In this document: positions 29,775-39,373 of the stretch, piece by piece
Numbering within the stretch: the stretch's first letter is position 1
Layout: the number at the start of each line of letters is the position of its first letter
DNA from: an uncultured Chlamydiae bacterium
Lineage (GTDB): Bacteria; Chlamydiota; Chlamydiia; Chlamydiales; JAJFMA01
Assembly: GCA_963713615.1 (NCBI GenBank)
Contig: CAVQMM010000001.1
Span: 864,001-928,000, forward strand
Length of the DNA: 64,000 nt
Direction of reading: 5' to 3'
Notes under the pieces: model-generated
Told to the model about the DNA's origin: nothing
What the model saw: only the letters and a program-made list of their open reading frames with translations
Database searches by the model: none
Position numbers and translations under genes: made by a program

Positions 29775-31276
29775 TGTCTGGTGTCGACCCAATTGTATTA
29801 GATGGACAAAGCCTCTCCTCGGCTCAAGCAAGGGCTATTGCCGCCGGTGCGTCCGTAAAAATAGCGCCTCAGGCATCTGAAGCCGTTAAGGCAGATCGTA
29901 CGATCGTCGAAGAGATCATCCATGGTAAAAAAGCGGTTTATGGCATTAACACCGGCCTTGGCTTCTTCGCCAATAAGCGCATTGGCGCTGCTGATCTGAT
30001 AAAGCTGCAAGAAAACATCGTTCAGAGCCACGCCGCTGGCTATGGAAATCCCCTGTCCATTCCTGAAACACGCCTTGTGATGGCGCTACGTCTAAATACT
30101 TTTGTCAAAGGGTTCTCTGGTGTGCGCTTTGAGCTTTGCCAAGCCCTTCTAGACCTTATTAACGCAAATATCTATCCCCTCATTCCCGAATATGGATCGG
30201 TTGGTGCGAGTGGTGATCTCGCACCTTTGGCGCATCTAGCGCTAACTCTGACTGGCCGAGGACGCGTACGGTACAATAACGAAGAAATGACCAGTGCTGA
30301 AGCTCTCAGGCATGCCAACCTTAAGCCCTTTGTTCTAGCGGAAAAAGAGGCTCTGGGTCTGATCAATGGCACCCAGGTCATGCTTGCTGTGGGAGGCCTT
30401 GCCCTGTGCGATGCGCATGACTTATGTGACCTTGCAAACCTGGTCGCGGCCTTAACCTATGAAGGCCTTGGTGCATGTACGGATCCTCTAGATGCACGCA
30501 TCCACGAAGCTAGGGGGCAGCGAGGGCAGATAGCCTGTGCTACGCTCATTCGAAAACACCTTACGGGGTCTTATCTGTGGGGTAAGGTGGAACGACAGCG
30601 CGTTCAGGATCCCTACAGCATTCGTTGTGCGCCACAAATTCATGGTCCTAGTCGCGATGCGTTGGAATTTTGCGAAGGCATTATTGTGCGCGAACTCAAT
30701 GCGGCAACGGATAACCCTTTGGTATTCGCTGATACGCATGAAGCTCTCAGTGGAGGCAATTTCCATGGTCAGCCGTTAGCGATGGCCTTTGATTTTGCAG
30801 CTATAGCCTTGGCAGAGCTCGGTAGTGTTTCGGAGAGACGCCTAGAATTGCTTCTAAATCCACATTTAAGCGGTCTTAATGCGTTTCTGTCTGCTAATGA
30901 AGGCTTGGAATCGGGATATATGGCATCGCAATATCTGAGTGCCTCTTTGGTTAACGAGGATAAGCTCCTTGCCAACCCAGCCTGCACAGATTCCATTCCT
31001 GGAAATGTTGGCATCGAAGATCACGTTTCCATGGGAATGACATCAGCGCGTAAGCTAAGGCAGATTGTCATCAACTGCCGCGCTGTGCTTGCTGTGGAAG
31101 CCATGGCCGCAGCGGCTGCGGTGGATAGGCGCAAGGCCACTCCTTTGGGACAAGGCTCACAACAACTCTATGATGCCCTTCGAAGCCGCATTCCACCACT
31201 CGACACGGATCACATCGTTGCTGACGATGTACAGCATGCCGTCGATGCCTTGCAGAGCCTCCACCTCATCATGTGA
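29774..31276 (+). CDS. hutH: Histidine ammonia-lyase
   Basis: YGINTG, GSVGASGDL (MIO-forming ASG), QDPYSIRC, DNP, GGNFHG, EDHVSMG; other hut genes nearby. Confidence 0.95.
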   Translation: MSGVDPIVLDGQSLSSAQARAIAAGASVKIAPQASEAVKADRTIVEEIIHGKKAVYGINTGLGFFANKRIGAADLIKLQENIVQSHAAGYGNPLSIPETRLVMALRLNTFVKGFSGVRFELCQALLDLINANIYPLIPEYGSVGASGDLAPLAHLALTLTGRGRVRYNNEEMTSAEALRHANLKPFVLAEKEALGLINGTQVMLAVGGLALCDAHDLCDLANLVAALTYEGLGACTDPLDARIHEARGQRGQIACATLIRKHLTGSYLWGKVERQRVQDPYSIRCAPQIHGPSRDALEFCEGIIVRELNAATDNPLVFADTHEALSGGNFHGQPLAMAFDFAAIALAELGSVSERRLELLLNPHLSGLNAFLSANEGLESGYMASQYLSASLVNEDKLLANPACTDSIPGNVGIEDHVSMGMTSARKLRQIVINCRAVLAVEAMAAAAAVDRRKATPLGQGSQQLYDALRSRIPPLDTDHIVADDVQHAVDALQSLHLIM

Positions 31277-31285
31277 TAGGAAATA

Positions 31286-32545
31286 ATGCCTACTAACCTA
31301 GCAAAAAGTGTGTCTAAAGAATCAGAAAATTCACCTTCTTTTTCGAATGTTCGAATTGATACAGTAATTTTACTTACGCTACTATTAGCATTGCCTATCA
31401 TATCCACGGACATCTACCTGCCATCACTCAATGAAATTAGTCTCTTTTTTGGTGCAAGTCATGAAGAAATTCAATTTACGCTAACCGTATATTTTTTCAT
31501 GTTTGCTTTAGTTCAGCTCATTTATGGAGCTCTGTCAGATTACTTTGGAAGACGACCAGTTTTGTTATTCAGTCTCTTGATCTATCTGACAGCAACTATG
31601 CTCTGCATAGGTTCTAACTCTATCCAGACTCTTATTTTTGCACGTGGTCTACAAGCCCTCGGCACAGGGAGCGCAATATTGACATTTGCAATTATTCGAG
31701 ATCTCTATGAGGGTGAGCGCGTGGCAAAAATGATTGCTTATATGAGTGCTGTAGTTGCCCTATCACCAATTATTGCTCCAATCTTTGGAGGATATATCCA
31801 GCACTCATTGTCTTGGCAGTGGAATTTTATTGTGTTGTTTTTTTTCGGATCACTATTGTTCATAATGACTTACTACATGCTACCTGAAACAAATAAATAT
31901 AGAAGCGCGCAGAGTCCTCTATTTAAGCCTTTGTTATCAAGTTATCGAAAATTATTAATGGATAAAAATTATATGGGGAACGCCTTAGGCGCCGCTTTCG
32001 CGTTCGGAGCATTGTTTTCCTATATTAGCGGATCTCACTATGTATTTTTAAATCTAATGGGTTATTCACCTCAAATATTTGGATGGATATTTGCTGTAGC
32101 TGCCATTGGCTATGTTCTCGGCGCATTTGCAAGTGGCCGATTAATATCCCGCTTTGGCATGGATTCAATCTTTCGCATTGGAATTATAAGTCTTGTAAGT
32201 GGGGGAATGATCATGACGCTGTCGTGTTACTATTTCCCTCTTAATGCCTTAGCCATTGTAATGCCACAACTTGTGTGCGAATTTGGTATTTCCATTGTCG
32301 TTCCAATAGCTGTTACCAAAGCTTTGCAGCCAATACCGCAATATGCAGGTGCTGGTTCTGCATTAATCGGTTTTCTACGATTTCTGTTGGCTGCAATGGG
32401 TAGTTATTTTTCACTGCTAATTCGAAATGAGACTGCCATGCCATTGGCGGTAGTCATATTGGGATTTTCTTTATGTTCGTTAGTGGCTTCAGCATTTCCC
32501 ACATATTTGGCTGTATATCGTCTAAGACGTAATCAAAGCTGTTAA
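31286..32545 (+). CDS. Bcr/CflA-family MFS efflux transporter
   Basis: DIYLPSL, GALSDYFGRRPVL, LPET, about 12 TM segments; visibly more AT-rich than its neighbours. Confidence 0.9.
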   Translation: MPTNLAKSVSKESENSPSFSNVRIDTVILLTLLLALPIISTDIYLPSLNEISLFFGASHEEIQFTLTVYFFMFALVQLIYGALSDYFGRRPVLLFSLLIYLTATMLCIGSNSIQTLIFARGLQALGTGSAILTFAIIRDLYEGERVAKMIAYMSAVVALSPIIAPIFGGYIQHSLSWQWNFIVLFFFGSLLFIMTYYMLPETNKYRSAQSPLFKPLLSSYRKLLMDKNYMGNALGAAFAFGALFSYISGSHYVFLNLMGYSPQIFGWIFAVAAIGYVLGAFASGRLISRFGMDSIFRIGIISLVSGGMIMTLSCYYFPLNALAIVMPQLVCEFGISIVVPIAVTKALQPIPQYAGAGSALIGFLRFLLAAMGSYFSLLIRNETAMPLAVVILGFSLCSLVASAFPTYLAVYRLRRNQSC

Positions 32546-32600
32546 ACAACCTCGATGCTGAGTTTCTGTTGCTGAAGATCCTGAACATCTGGTTTTCTAT
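32539..32600 (+). pseudogene. Remnant of a second hutU copy
   Basis: Encodes LLNNLDAE-(5-nt insertion)-VAEDPEHLVFY, matching hutU 33114-33170 ([19 protein letters not shown]). Confidence 0.75.
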
Positions 32601-32663
32601 TTTGGATTGGTCCATTCCTAAGTCCATCCAAGAATAGGTCTAGTGGACGATATGGACAGTAAT

Positions 32664-32887
32664 GAGGTAATTGCAGAAGTCCGATTCTCCGAAGTCAATT
32701 TCCTGAAAATCGGATGCCGGTGAAGAGAGAGTCATTCCCTTCCCAGGCCCGAAGGGTCGATATTGCAACAGGCCATGGCATCGCCATGGTATATGCCAGG
32801 AGAGGATTTCGCAGTCTGAAAGACTGCCACAAGAGGCTGGTTTGCATAGACCATTTATGCATGCCTTTTATCGCAGTCTTTCAGACC
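32664..32887. repeat. Family B element, truncated, without the IS231-like insert
   Basis: gaggtaattgcagaagtccg...ggcccgaagggtcgatattgcaacaggccatggcatcgccatgg; a single copy of the 11-bp target at 32776-32786. Confidence 0.85.
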
Positions 32888-32945
32888 TAGCGATGCTACA
32901 TGTCTGCGTGAAACTTTCAATCACACCCCGCATCCAGCACAATGT

Positions 32946-32974
32946 TTGACAGGAGCGCTTCATACCAGTATGTT
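32946..32974 (+). promoter_or_regulatory. Putative sigma70/sigma66 promoter of hutU
   Basis: TTGACA-17 bp-TATGTT upstream of the AAGGGGG RBS and ATG 32997. Confidence 0.6.
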
Positions 32975-32996
32975 GAAATCTTTAAGGGGGTTGCTT

Positions 32997-34682
32997 ATGC
33001 CTACAATATTATCTGAATTTTTGGCTAACTACGCATCGCATCCGCATTATCGGGCGCCTCGTGGTAGCGACCTTAATGCACATTCCTGGCAGACAGAAGC
33101 CCCCCTTAGGATGCTTTTAAACAACCTAGATGCTGAGGTTGCTGAAGATCCCGAAAATCTGATCGTTTACGGCGGCACAGGGCAAGCTGCCCGCGATGTG
33201 CCCAGCTTACGTAAGATTATTGAAGCTCTCCTCAATCTGCATGACGATGAAAGTCTACTCATACAATCTGGTAAGCCGGTAGCGATCCTTCCAACCCACC
33301 ATGAGGCTCCGCGGGTATTGATCGCTAACAGCAACCTGGTCCCTCATTGGGCCACCTGGGAGCACTTCCATCAACTGCGCGAGCGTGGGCTGATCATGTT
33401 TGGTCAAATGACCGCTGGAAGCTGGATCTACATCGGCACTCAGGGTATCCTACAGGGCACCTATGAGACCTTTGGATCGTTAGCACATCGTCATTTTGAT
33501 GGTTCTCTGCGCGGACGCCTCATTGTCTCCGGCGGGCTCGGGGGTATGGGCGGAGCCCAACCTCTCGCTGCCACGCTTAACGATGCCGTATTTCTTGGGG
33601 TGGACGTCGATGCAGCCCGCATTGAGAAGCGTCTAAAAACACGCTATCTCGACCGCATGACGCATAGTTATGCGGAAGCTCTCGCCTGGATTCTCGATGC
33701 CAAGAAGGCCAAAAAGGCTCTTTCAGTAGGTCTAGTAGGAAATATTGGCACCACCTTAAATCATTTGTTGACGGACCAGGTATCTGTGGATGTGGTGACA
33801 GACCAAACCGCCGCCCATGACCCTCTAAATGGTTATGTGCCCAGTGGCTTGTCGCTTGAGAACGCTGCAACCCTGCGAAAGAATAATCCAGAAGAATATC
33901 AACGTCAGTCGTTGCAAAGTATGGCGCGCCATGTGGAAGCCATTCTCGAGTTCAAAAAGCGCGGAGCGATCGTCTTTGAGTATGGTAATAACCTACGTCA
34001 GTTTGCCAAAAAAGGAGGAGCACAGGACGCCTTCACAATTCCAGGATTCGTTCCCGAGTACATCCGACCACTTTTTTGCGAAGGCAAGGGACCTTTCCGT
34101 TGGGCGGCTTTATCGGGAGATCCTGAGGATATTTACCGCACCGACGAAGCCCTAACTAAGCTCTTTCCCTATGATGCGCGCCTGATTAATTGGCTAGAGG
34201 AAGCTGGAAAAAAAGTGGCTTTTCAGGGATTACCCGCACGTATCTGTTGGCTAGGATTAGGAGACAGAGTAAAAGCTGGCCTAGCCTTTAACGAACTCGT
34301 TCGCAGTGGAGTACTAAAAGCCCCGGTGGTCATCGGGCGCGACCACCTCGACTGCGGTTCGGTAGCTTCGCCCTTTCGAGAGACCGAGGGGATGAAGGAT
34401 GGCAGTGACGCTATCTCTGATTGGCCATTGTTGAATCTCTTGGCAAACTGTTCGGGAGGCGCCACCTGGGTGTCCTTTCATCATGGAGGAGGCGTTGGGA
34501 TGGGATATTCCCAGCATGCCGGTATGGTCATAGTGGCCGATGGCTCACAGCGCGCGGAGCACTGCCTACGACGTGTATTGCATAACGATCCCGCCTTAGG
34601 CGTCATTCGTCATGCTGATGCCGGTTATGAAGAAGCGCAAAGGGTTGCCGATGCAGCGAAACTCAAAACGTTCAATAAATAG
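32997..34682 (+). CDS. hutU: Urocanate hydratase
   Basis: [64 protein letters not shown]. Confidence 0.98.
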   Translation: MPTILSEFLANYASHPHYRAPRGSDLNAHSWQTEAPLRMLLNNLDAEVAEDPENLIVYGGTGQAARDVPSLRKIIEALLNLHDDESLLIQSGKPVAILPTHHEAPRVLIANSNLVPHWATWEHFHQLRERGLIMFGQMTAGSWIYIGTQGILQGTYETFGSLAHRHFDGSLRGRLIVSGGLGGMGGAQPLAATLNDAVFLGVDVDAARIEKRLKTRYLDRMTHSYAEALAWILDAKKAKKALSVGLVGNIGTTLNHLLTDQVSVDVVTDQTAAHDPLNGYVPSGLSLENAATLRKNNPEEYQRQSLQSMARHVEAILEFKKRGAIVFEYGNNLRQFAKKGGAQDAFTIPGFVPEYIRPLFCEGKGPFRWAALSGDPEDIYRTDEALTKLFPYDARLINWLEEAGKKVAFQGLPARICWLGLGDRVKAGLAFNELVRSGVLKAPVVIGRDHLDCGSVASPFRETEGMKDGSDAISDWPLLNLLANCSGGATWVSFHHGGGVGMGYSQHAGMVIVADGSQRAEHCLRRVLHNDPALGVIRHADAGYEEAQRVADAAKLKTFNK

Positions 34683-34777
34683 GTAAGAATTGGTTTTGGG
34701 CAGAGAAAATACGTGTTAAGTTTTCGGTAGAGTACTAGCTGACGTTCTTGCTAGACTTATAGCTAAAAGGACGTGCA

Positions 34778-35839
34778 ATGACCGAATTCCCGAAGAATAC
34801 TAAACTTTTCTATGCCGCATTGGTTCGCAAAGACCCTGCATTTGAAGGGCAATTCATTGCTGCCGTAAAAACAACGGGAATTTTCTGCCGTCCTACCTGC
34901 ACCGCACGAAAGCCAAAAATCGACAACGTAGAGTTCTTTGCTACTGCACAAGGAGCCCTAACCAATGGCTATAGGCCCTGCAAAATCTGTAAGCCCCTGG
35001 AAAGCGCTGGTGAAGTTCCAGAGGAAATCAAGAGTCTTCTGCTTGAGCTCGACATACATCCACAAGACAAAATTTCCGATTATGCTCTCTCTCAAAGAGG
35101 CATCGAGCCCAACCGAATCCGACGTTGGTTTCAACGAAATCATGGCATGACCTTTCAGGCTTATCAGAGGCTTCTAAGAATCAACGGGGCATTAAAACAA
35201 ATCAAAAGTGGAGCCAAAGTGATCGATGCTGCATTCGACTCAGGTTATGAGTCGCTGAGCGGTTTTAATCATTCATTTAAAAGGGCCACTTCCAAAAAGC
35301 CCAATGAAAGCCGAGATGCTGCTTGCTTGACCTTTCTCCGTTTTGCGACACCCATTGGGCCAATGATAACGGTTGCCACTGAGGAAGGAATCGGCCTTTT
35401 AGAGTTTACTGACCGACGTATGCTTGAGACCGAACTGAAATTTCTCGAAAAGCATTTTCAATCGACCATTCTGCCTGGCACCAACTCACATATTGAAAAA
35501 TTACAAACTCAGTTGGCTGAGTATTTTCTAGGAACACGAAAAGACTTCAATATTGCGCTGGTCACTCCAGGAACAGACTTCCAACGAAAAACCTGGATGG
35601 TTCTGCAAGACATCCCCTATGGCATGACACGTTCCTATAAAGAACAGGCGGTAGCAATTGGAAACCCCGCGGCAGTGCGGGCTGTCGCTAAAGCTAATGG
35701 AGATAATCGCATCTCTATCCTCATTCCATGCCATCGTGTGATTGGGTCAGACGGAAAGTTAACTGGCTATGGGGGTGGACTCTGGAGAAAGAAATGGCTC
35801 CTAGAACTCGAAGGCCAGAAGATGGGGCAAGGACAATGA
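34778..35839 (+). CDS. ada: Ada-type regulator / O6-methylguanine-DNA methyltransferase
   Basis: TTGIFCRPTC..RPCKIC zinc site, AraC-type HTH, IPCHRV active site. Confidence 0.95.
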   Translation: MTEFPKNTKLFYAALVRKDPAFEGQFIAAVKTTGIFCRPTCTARKPKIDNVEFFATAQGALTNGYRPCKICKPLESAGEVPEEIKSLLLELDIHPQDKISDYALSQRGIEPNRIRRWFQRNHGMTFQAYQRLLRINGALKQIKSGAKVIDAAFDSGYESLSGFNHSFKRATSKKPNESRDAACLTFLRFATPIGPMITVATEEGIGLLEFTDRRMLETELKFLEKHFQSTILPGTNSHIEKLQTQLAEYFLGTRKDFNIALVTPGTDFQRKTWMVLQDIPYGMTRSYKEQAVAIGNPAAVRAVAKANGDNRISILIPCHRVIGSDGKLTGYGGGLWRKKWLLELEGQKMGQGQ

Positions 35840-36082
35840 AAGCCCTCACAATCGTATATCGGCGCGCAGCGCTTTGGAGCCCCAAAAGTAATAAGGCCTC
35901 CTATGTGGCGCAGTCATTCCATGCATAGAGTGTTGCCTCACAATCGTTACTCGGCGCGCAGCGCTTTAGTAGGTAAGGGGCAGGGTTTCCCCAGCCCCTC
36001 CCTGTTATCGCAATAGGGTCAATTCCCTATATTTACCGGTATGCATCTTTCTCGCACCGGGCGATGCCCCACTGGTTGCCTA

Positions 36083-36894
36083 TTAGGGAACACAACCGAC
36101 ATTCATCCTCTTTCGACACAACTGAATACAACTCAGTATTCCAAGGCGGCGTAGATGCTTCAATTTCAACCGCAGGTTGTCACGCTTGCTGATACGTTTG
36201 TATTTCATGCAGCGCAAGCGTTTCCTGAGCCAACAGTCAGTGGTTACAAAGAACTTTTTGACTGCTGCTAACGGATGACTGAAGTAATTCACCGTCCCAC
36301 GCACTACTTGGTTTAGTTTCTCAACGGCCTTAGCATCTAAGTTCCGACTTCGGATCGTACAATTCCGTACTGCATCGCGCAATTTCTCCTTGGACTTTTC
36401 TCTTATGGTGATATGTCTGGAGGTAAAATGAAAACCTAGGAAGTCAAAGCCCTCTGAAGCATGACAAATCTTCGTCTTCTCGGGGCTTAACTCCAAAGAC
36501 ATCTCATCTTCCAGTATTCTCCTGGATAAGTCTAGGGCCTCCTTTGCCTGCATTTCAGTTCGACACAGAATAACAAAATCATCCGCATAGCGAACGAATT
36601 TGTAGCCATGACGTTCCAATTCGTGATCAAGGCGATTAAGAACAATATTGGCAAGCAGAGGAGAGATGACACCTCCCTGCGGCGTACCTTTTATGGTTGG
36701 CCGTAATTGTCCTTCCTCCATCACGCCAGACTTAAGAAATCGTTCGATGAGTTGTAGAATGTTACCATCAGCGATTTCGGAGGCTACTTCTGCCATCATC
36801 AGTTTGTGTGGAATGTTATCAAAGAAACCCTTGATATCGGCATCCACAACATATTTGTAACCCTGTGAAAGATATTCTTTCACCAGAGAGACAG
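36083..36894 (-). pseudogene. Group II intron reverse transcriptase/maturase, C-terminal part (no En domain)
   Basis: VVDADIKGFFDNIPH, GTPQGGVISPLLANI, VRYADDF, GFDFLGF, thumb/X domain. The preceding codons AGRNCHQA lie at about 38555-38579. Confidence 0.93.
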
Positions 36895-37214
36895 TCTTGG
36901 GTAGCCAACACGTAGCAGCCTTCCACAACTCGTAACAGCAATACCTTAAGTGACCTATGCATGACCAACATGTTGCAATTTCCAGTGCTTGATTGCCAAA
37001 CATTGTAGTCATTTGCACCAAAATTGCACCAAAAAAAAGAAAGCCCAGGAGGCCACGTCAAAAAAGATAAGGACTAGGTGTAAGAGAAAATTTAAAAGAA
37101 GCCGGATGCCATCAGGGTCGTTTTGGATACTGAAAAGATGTATACAAAAATTAGCATCACTTTTCATTGATTTTCTATCCCAACTTATCTAAAATAATGG
37201 AAAACGGAGACCTG

Positions 37215-37448
37215 ATGACATACAAGCCCATGGATCCGAAGATATTTAAAAAATACCTAAGACTATTGGGTTGGTCGATTCGCAAGTCTCGTGTTGATTG
37301 GTCTGTATACGATGAAAATGGAGACTTCGTATGTTCCATAATAATTTCTCATGGAAACACCAAGTCTGAAGTAGTTGCTCACAGCGTCCACAAGGTAAAG
37401 ACAAAAGTTATTGAAAAGGGGAAAACATGGCCGCCAACAAAGAGTTAG
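37215..37448 (+). CDS. HicA-like small basic protein (putative toxin)
   Basis: Alpha-beta-beta-beta-alpha pattern (FKKYLRLLGWSI...IIISHG...SVHKV); overlaps the downstream HicB-like gene; canonical GSH motif absent. Confidence 0.5.
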   Translation: MTYKPMDPKIFKKYLRLLGWSIRKSRVDWSVYDENGDFVCSIIISHGNTKSEVVAHSVHKVKTKVIEKGKTWPPTKS

Positions 37449-37834
37449 CCGAACACTTGGCTTTGGCCCTAGGAGAGGTTGGGGAAATACAGCCATGGTA
37501 TGATCGCAAATTCAAGGCTTGGGTATTCTCTCATAAGCTTTACCCAAACGTAGAATATGCCGGTCAATCCAAGCAGGAGGTCATCGAAAGATATCCTCTC
37601 TATTTAAAAGAATTTATTTATCATCGCCTAAACGACACTTTAAGCCCTTTATCCGAACGCGGAACCCGTGGCAAAGGGGGTTACCGAATTGGGGCCGGTC
37701 GCCCGAAAGGTTCAACGACAGAGCCCAAAAAACGAGTCTATCTTCCCGCTGAACTTGCAGACTGGATTTCTGAGTATTCTCACTTGGAGATGGTTCGTAA
37801 AATGATGCTTAAAGATAAATCCAAAGCATCTTGA
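37427..37834 (+). CDS. HicB-like protein with GGxRxGAGRPKG motif and RHH-like tail (putative antitoxin)
   Basis: WVF...YPNVEYAGQSKQEVIE HicB-like core; GAGRPKG; KRVYLPAELADWI. Confidence 0.55.
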   Translation: MAANKELAEHLALALGEVGEIQPWYDRKFKAWVFSHKLYPNVEYAGQSKQEVIERYPLYLKEFIYHRLNDTLSPLSERGTRGKGGYRIGAGRPKGSTTEPKKRVYLPAELADWISEYSHLEMVRKMMLKDKSKAS

Positions 37835-37904
37835 TGAATACCGCCAAAATTATCGCCTGTAAGCCTCAGCCAGGGTATAAGGTGTGGATTCGCTTTGATG
37901 ATGG

Positions 37905-38105
37905 TTAGGCTAGACAATAGATAACGTCGGTGTCCCTTGGGTGTACGCTCAACCTGGATTTTGCCAGCAGCCTCCCAACGACGGAGTGTAGCCTCGTGTA
38001 CGCCAAGTTCCTGAGCTGCTTTCTTGATACTCACCTTCATGCGCTAAAATCTATGCAATTTGCATAGAGTTGTCAAGAAATATATAGATTTTTGGCAGCT
38101 GCTGC
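37905..38105 (-). pseudogene. IS607-family left end and truncated TnpA (MerR-like HTH only)
   Basis: MKVSIKKAAQELGVHEATLRRWEAAGKIQVERTPKGHRRY; TTGACA-17-TAGATT upstream; resolvase domain missing. Boundaries approximate. Confidence 0.7.
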
Positions 38106-38106
38106 C

Positions 38107-38160
38107 AACCCTATAATTGACGCTACCGTCCTTCCGTTGCCTTGCTTCTATGATAGCCAT
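38107..38160 (-). pseudogene. N-terminal remnant of a tyrosine integrase
   Basis: GGAGG RBS then MAIIEARQRKDGSVNYRV, resembling the start of an integrase arm-binding domain; cut by the IS607 end. Confidence 0.5.
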
Positions 38161-38506
38161 GTTGTTGGTCCTCCAATTTGTGTTGAGCCTGTCAGCAGTC
38201 CGCGAAAGCCTACCATCACAGGCAAAAAAATACCACATCAGATTAGCATTCTGATGTGGCTTAGTTCGTAAAAGTCGTTTGTATCGACACTTAGATGTAA
38301 TTCGTTGGGTGGATAAACCCGATTTGGTGCACTTTTGGTGCAGTACAGAAAACAATTGGCACTTTTGAGGATCGATCAAGTGTTGTCTTGTGTTGGGAGC
38401 AAGTGCACCAAAATTGCACCATTTTCGGGACAGCACAAAGTGCAGTCCGATGGGACGTGTCAGGCGATAGGCTTGTGGATGTAGTGTCAGAGGGAAAGGG
38501 AAAGAG

Positions 38507-38557
38507 TGGGGGTGGTTGGAGTCGAACCAACGTAGACCGAAGTCGTCAGATTTACAG
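38507..38557 (-). tRNA. tRNA-Tyr(GTA) 3' fragment (att site, not a full tRNA)
   Basis: CTGTAAATCTGACGACTTCGGTCTACGTTGGTTCGACTCCAACCACCCCCA: anticodon loop, long variable arm, T arm and acceptor 3' strand. Confidence 0.88.
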
Positions 38558-39373
38558 CCTGATGACAGTTTCTGCCAGCGCCCCTATAGCACATGCTGTC
38601 TATTTGCTACGGGAAAGTCTTGCGACTCCAGCGCTTCGGCTCACTCCAGTGCTTGGCGCGCTAACGTCGGCTGAAACGTGACCCCCCCCATGGTAACGCT
38701 ACCTGACACCTTAACAGCCACACTTACGCATGGTCCTGTCTGCCTCCTCTTTCGAGGCTGGTAACGTCTTCTGCACGGGAAACAGTCCCGCACAGGTAGG
38801 CTTTGGTTGTATTTTACTGCATAAATTACTACCTCATCCGTTTGTGACTTAGTTCTAACATACCCGCGACTCGCGCGGAGTGCGGTCGCTTGCGACCGCT
38901 TTTCGTTCCTTGCGATGGTCATGTGAAACGGCATCACTATCATTCGCTAAGGGTAAAGGGTTAGTACATGCAGCCTAACCGAATCCATACGATGCCGTTT
39001 AGCACTGCCGTCGCAAGGAACCCAAAGCGGTCGCAAGCGACCGCACTCCAAAGCGCTGCGCGCCGAGATACGATTGTGAGTCAAGAAAAAGATGTGTGCA
39101 ACACTATGCATGGAATGACTGCGCCACATAGGAAATTGCGCCAGCCAACCTTTTGAATTACTTGGAAGAGCGTGTCGCTCGCGACCGCTTTGGATTTGGG
39201 TGGCTAGATATTTTACGATCTTGGCTTTATACCGCTCGCTATAGCATTTTATACCATAATCGGCCTAAAACATCGACTGTGGTATACAACAGATTCGCCC
39301 AAATCCAAAGCGCTGCGCGCCGAGCAACGATTGTGAGGGCCTGAATGACCATCGAAACTAAACAGTAAATACT

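Larger units (their letters stand above)
36895..38557. mobile_element. Degenerate tRNA-Tyr-type integrative element (1663 bp) inserted in the RT gene
   Basis: Bounded by ACAG direct repeats (36891-36894, 38554-38557); carries a tRNA-Tyr 3' half, TGCACCA arm-like repeats and an integrase N-terminal remnant. Confidence 0.85.
35968..38876 (-). mobile_element. Group II intron (internally deleted and interrupted) inserted in a family A REP
   Basis: 5' end GCGCG at 38876; DV/DVI at 35968-36065 with a bulged A 7 nt from the 3' end; removing it restores cagcgcttt|ggagtgcggtcgc exactly. Confidence 0.92.
35842..39340. repeat. Nested REP cluster (outer family A, family C, inner family A) interrupted by a group II intron
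   Basis: Paired ends 35842/39340 (gccctcacaatcg/cgattgtgagggc), 35901/39132 (cctatgtggcgcag/ctgcgccacatagg) and 35938/39079 (tcacaatcg/cgattgtga). Confidence 0.8.

Noticed and set aside
36083..37021. RT as a retron, DGR or defence RT, and the 312-aa ORF as an intact gene
   Set aside because: Group II DV/DVI follow directly and the motifs are intron-type. The first ~42 aa of the ORF are read-through from the inserted element, and the RT N-terminal domains are deleted.
37780..38040. Intact MerR regulator or excisionase
   Set aside because: It reads best as the N-terminus of IS607 TnpA, and similarity stops after GHRRY. An excisionase role is not fully excluded.
38507..38590. Full-length tRNA-Tyr gene
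   Set aside because: The 5' side is RT coding sequence (AGRNCHQA); the acceptor stem mismatches and there is no proper D arm.
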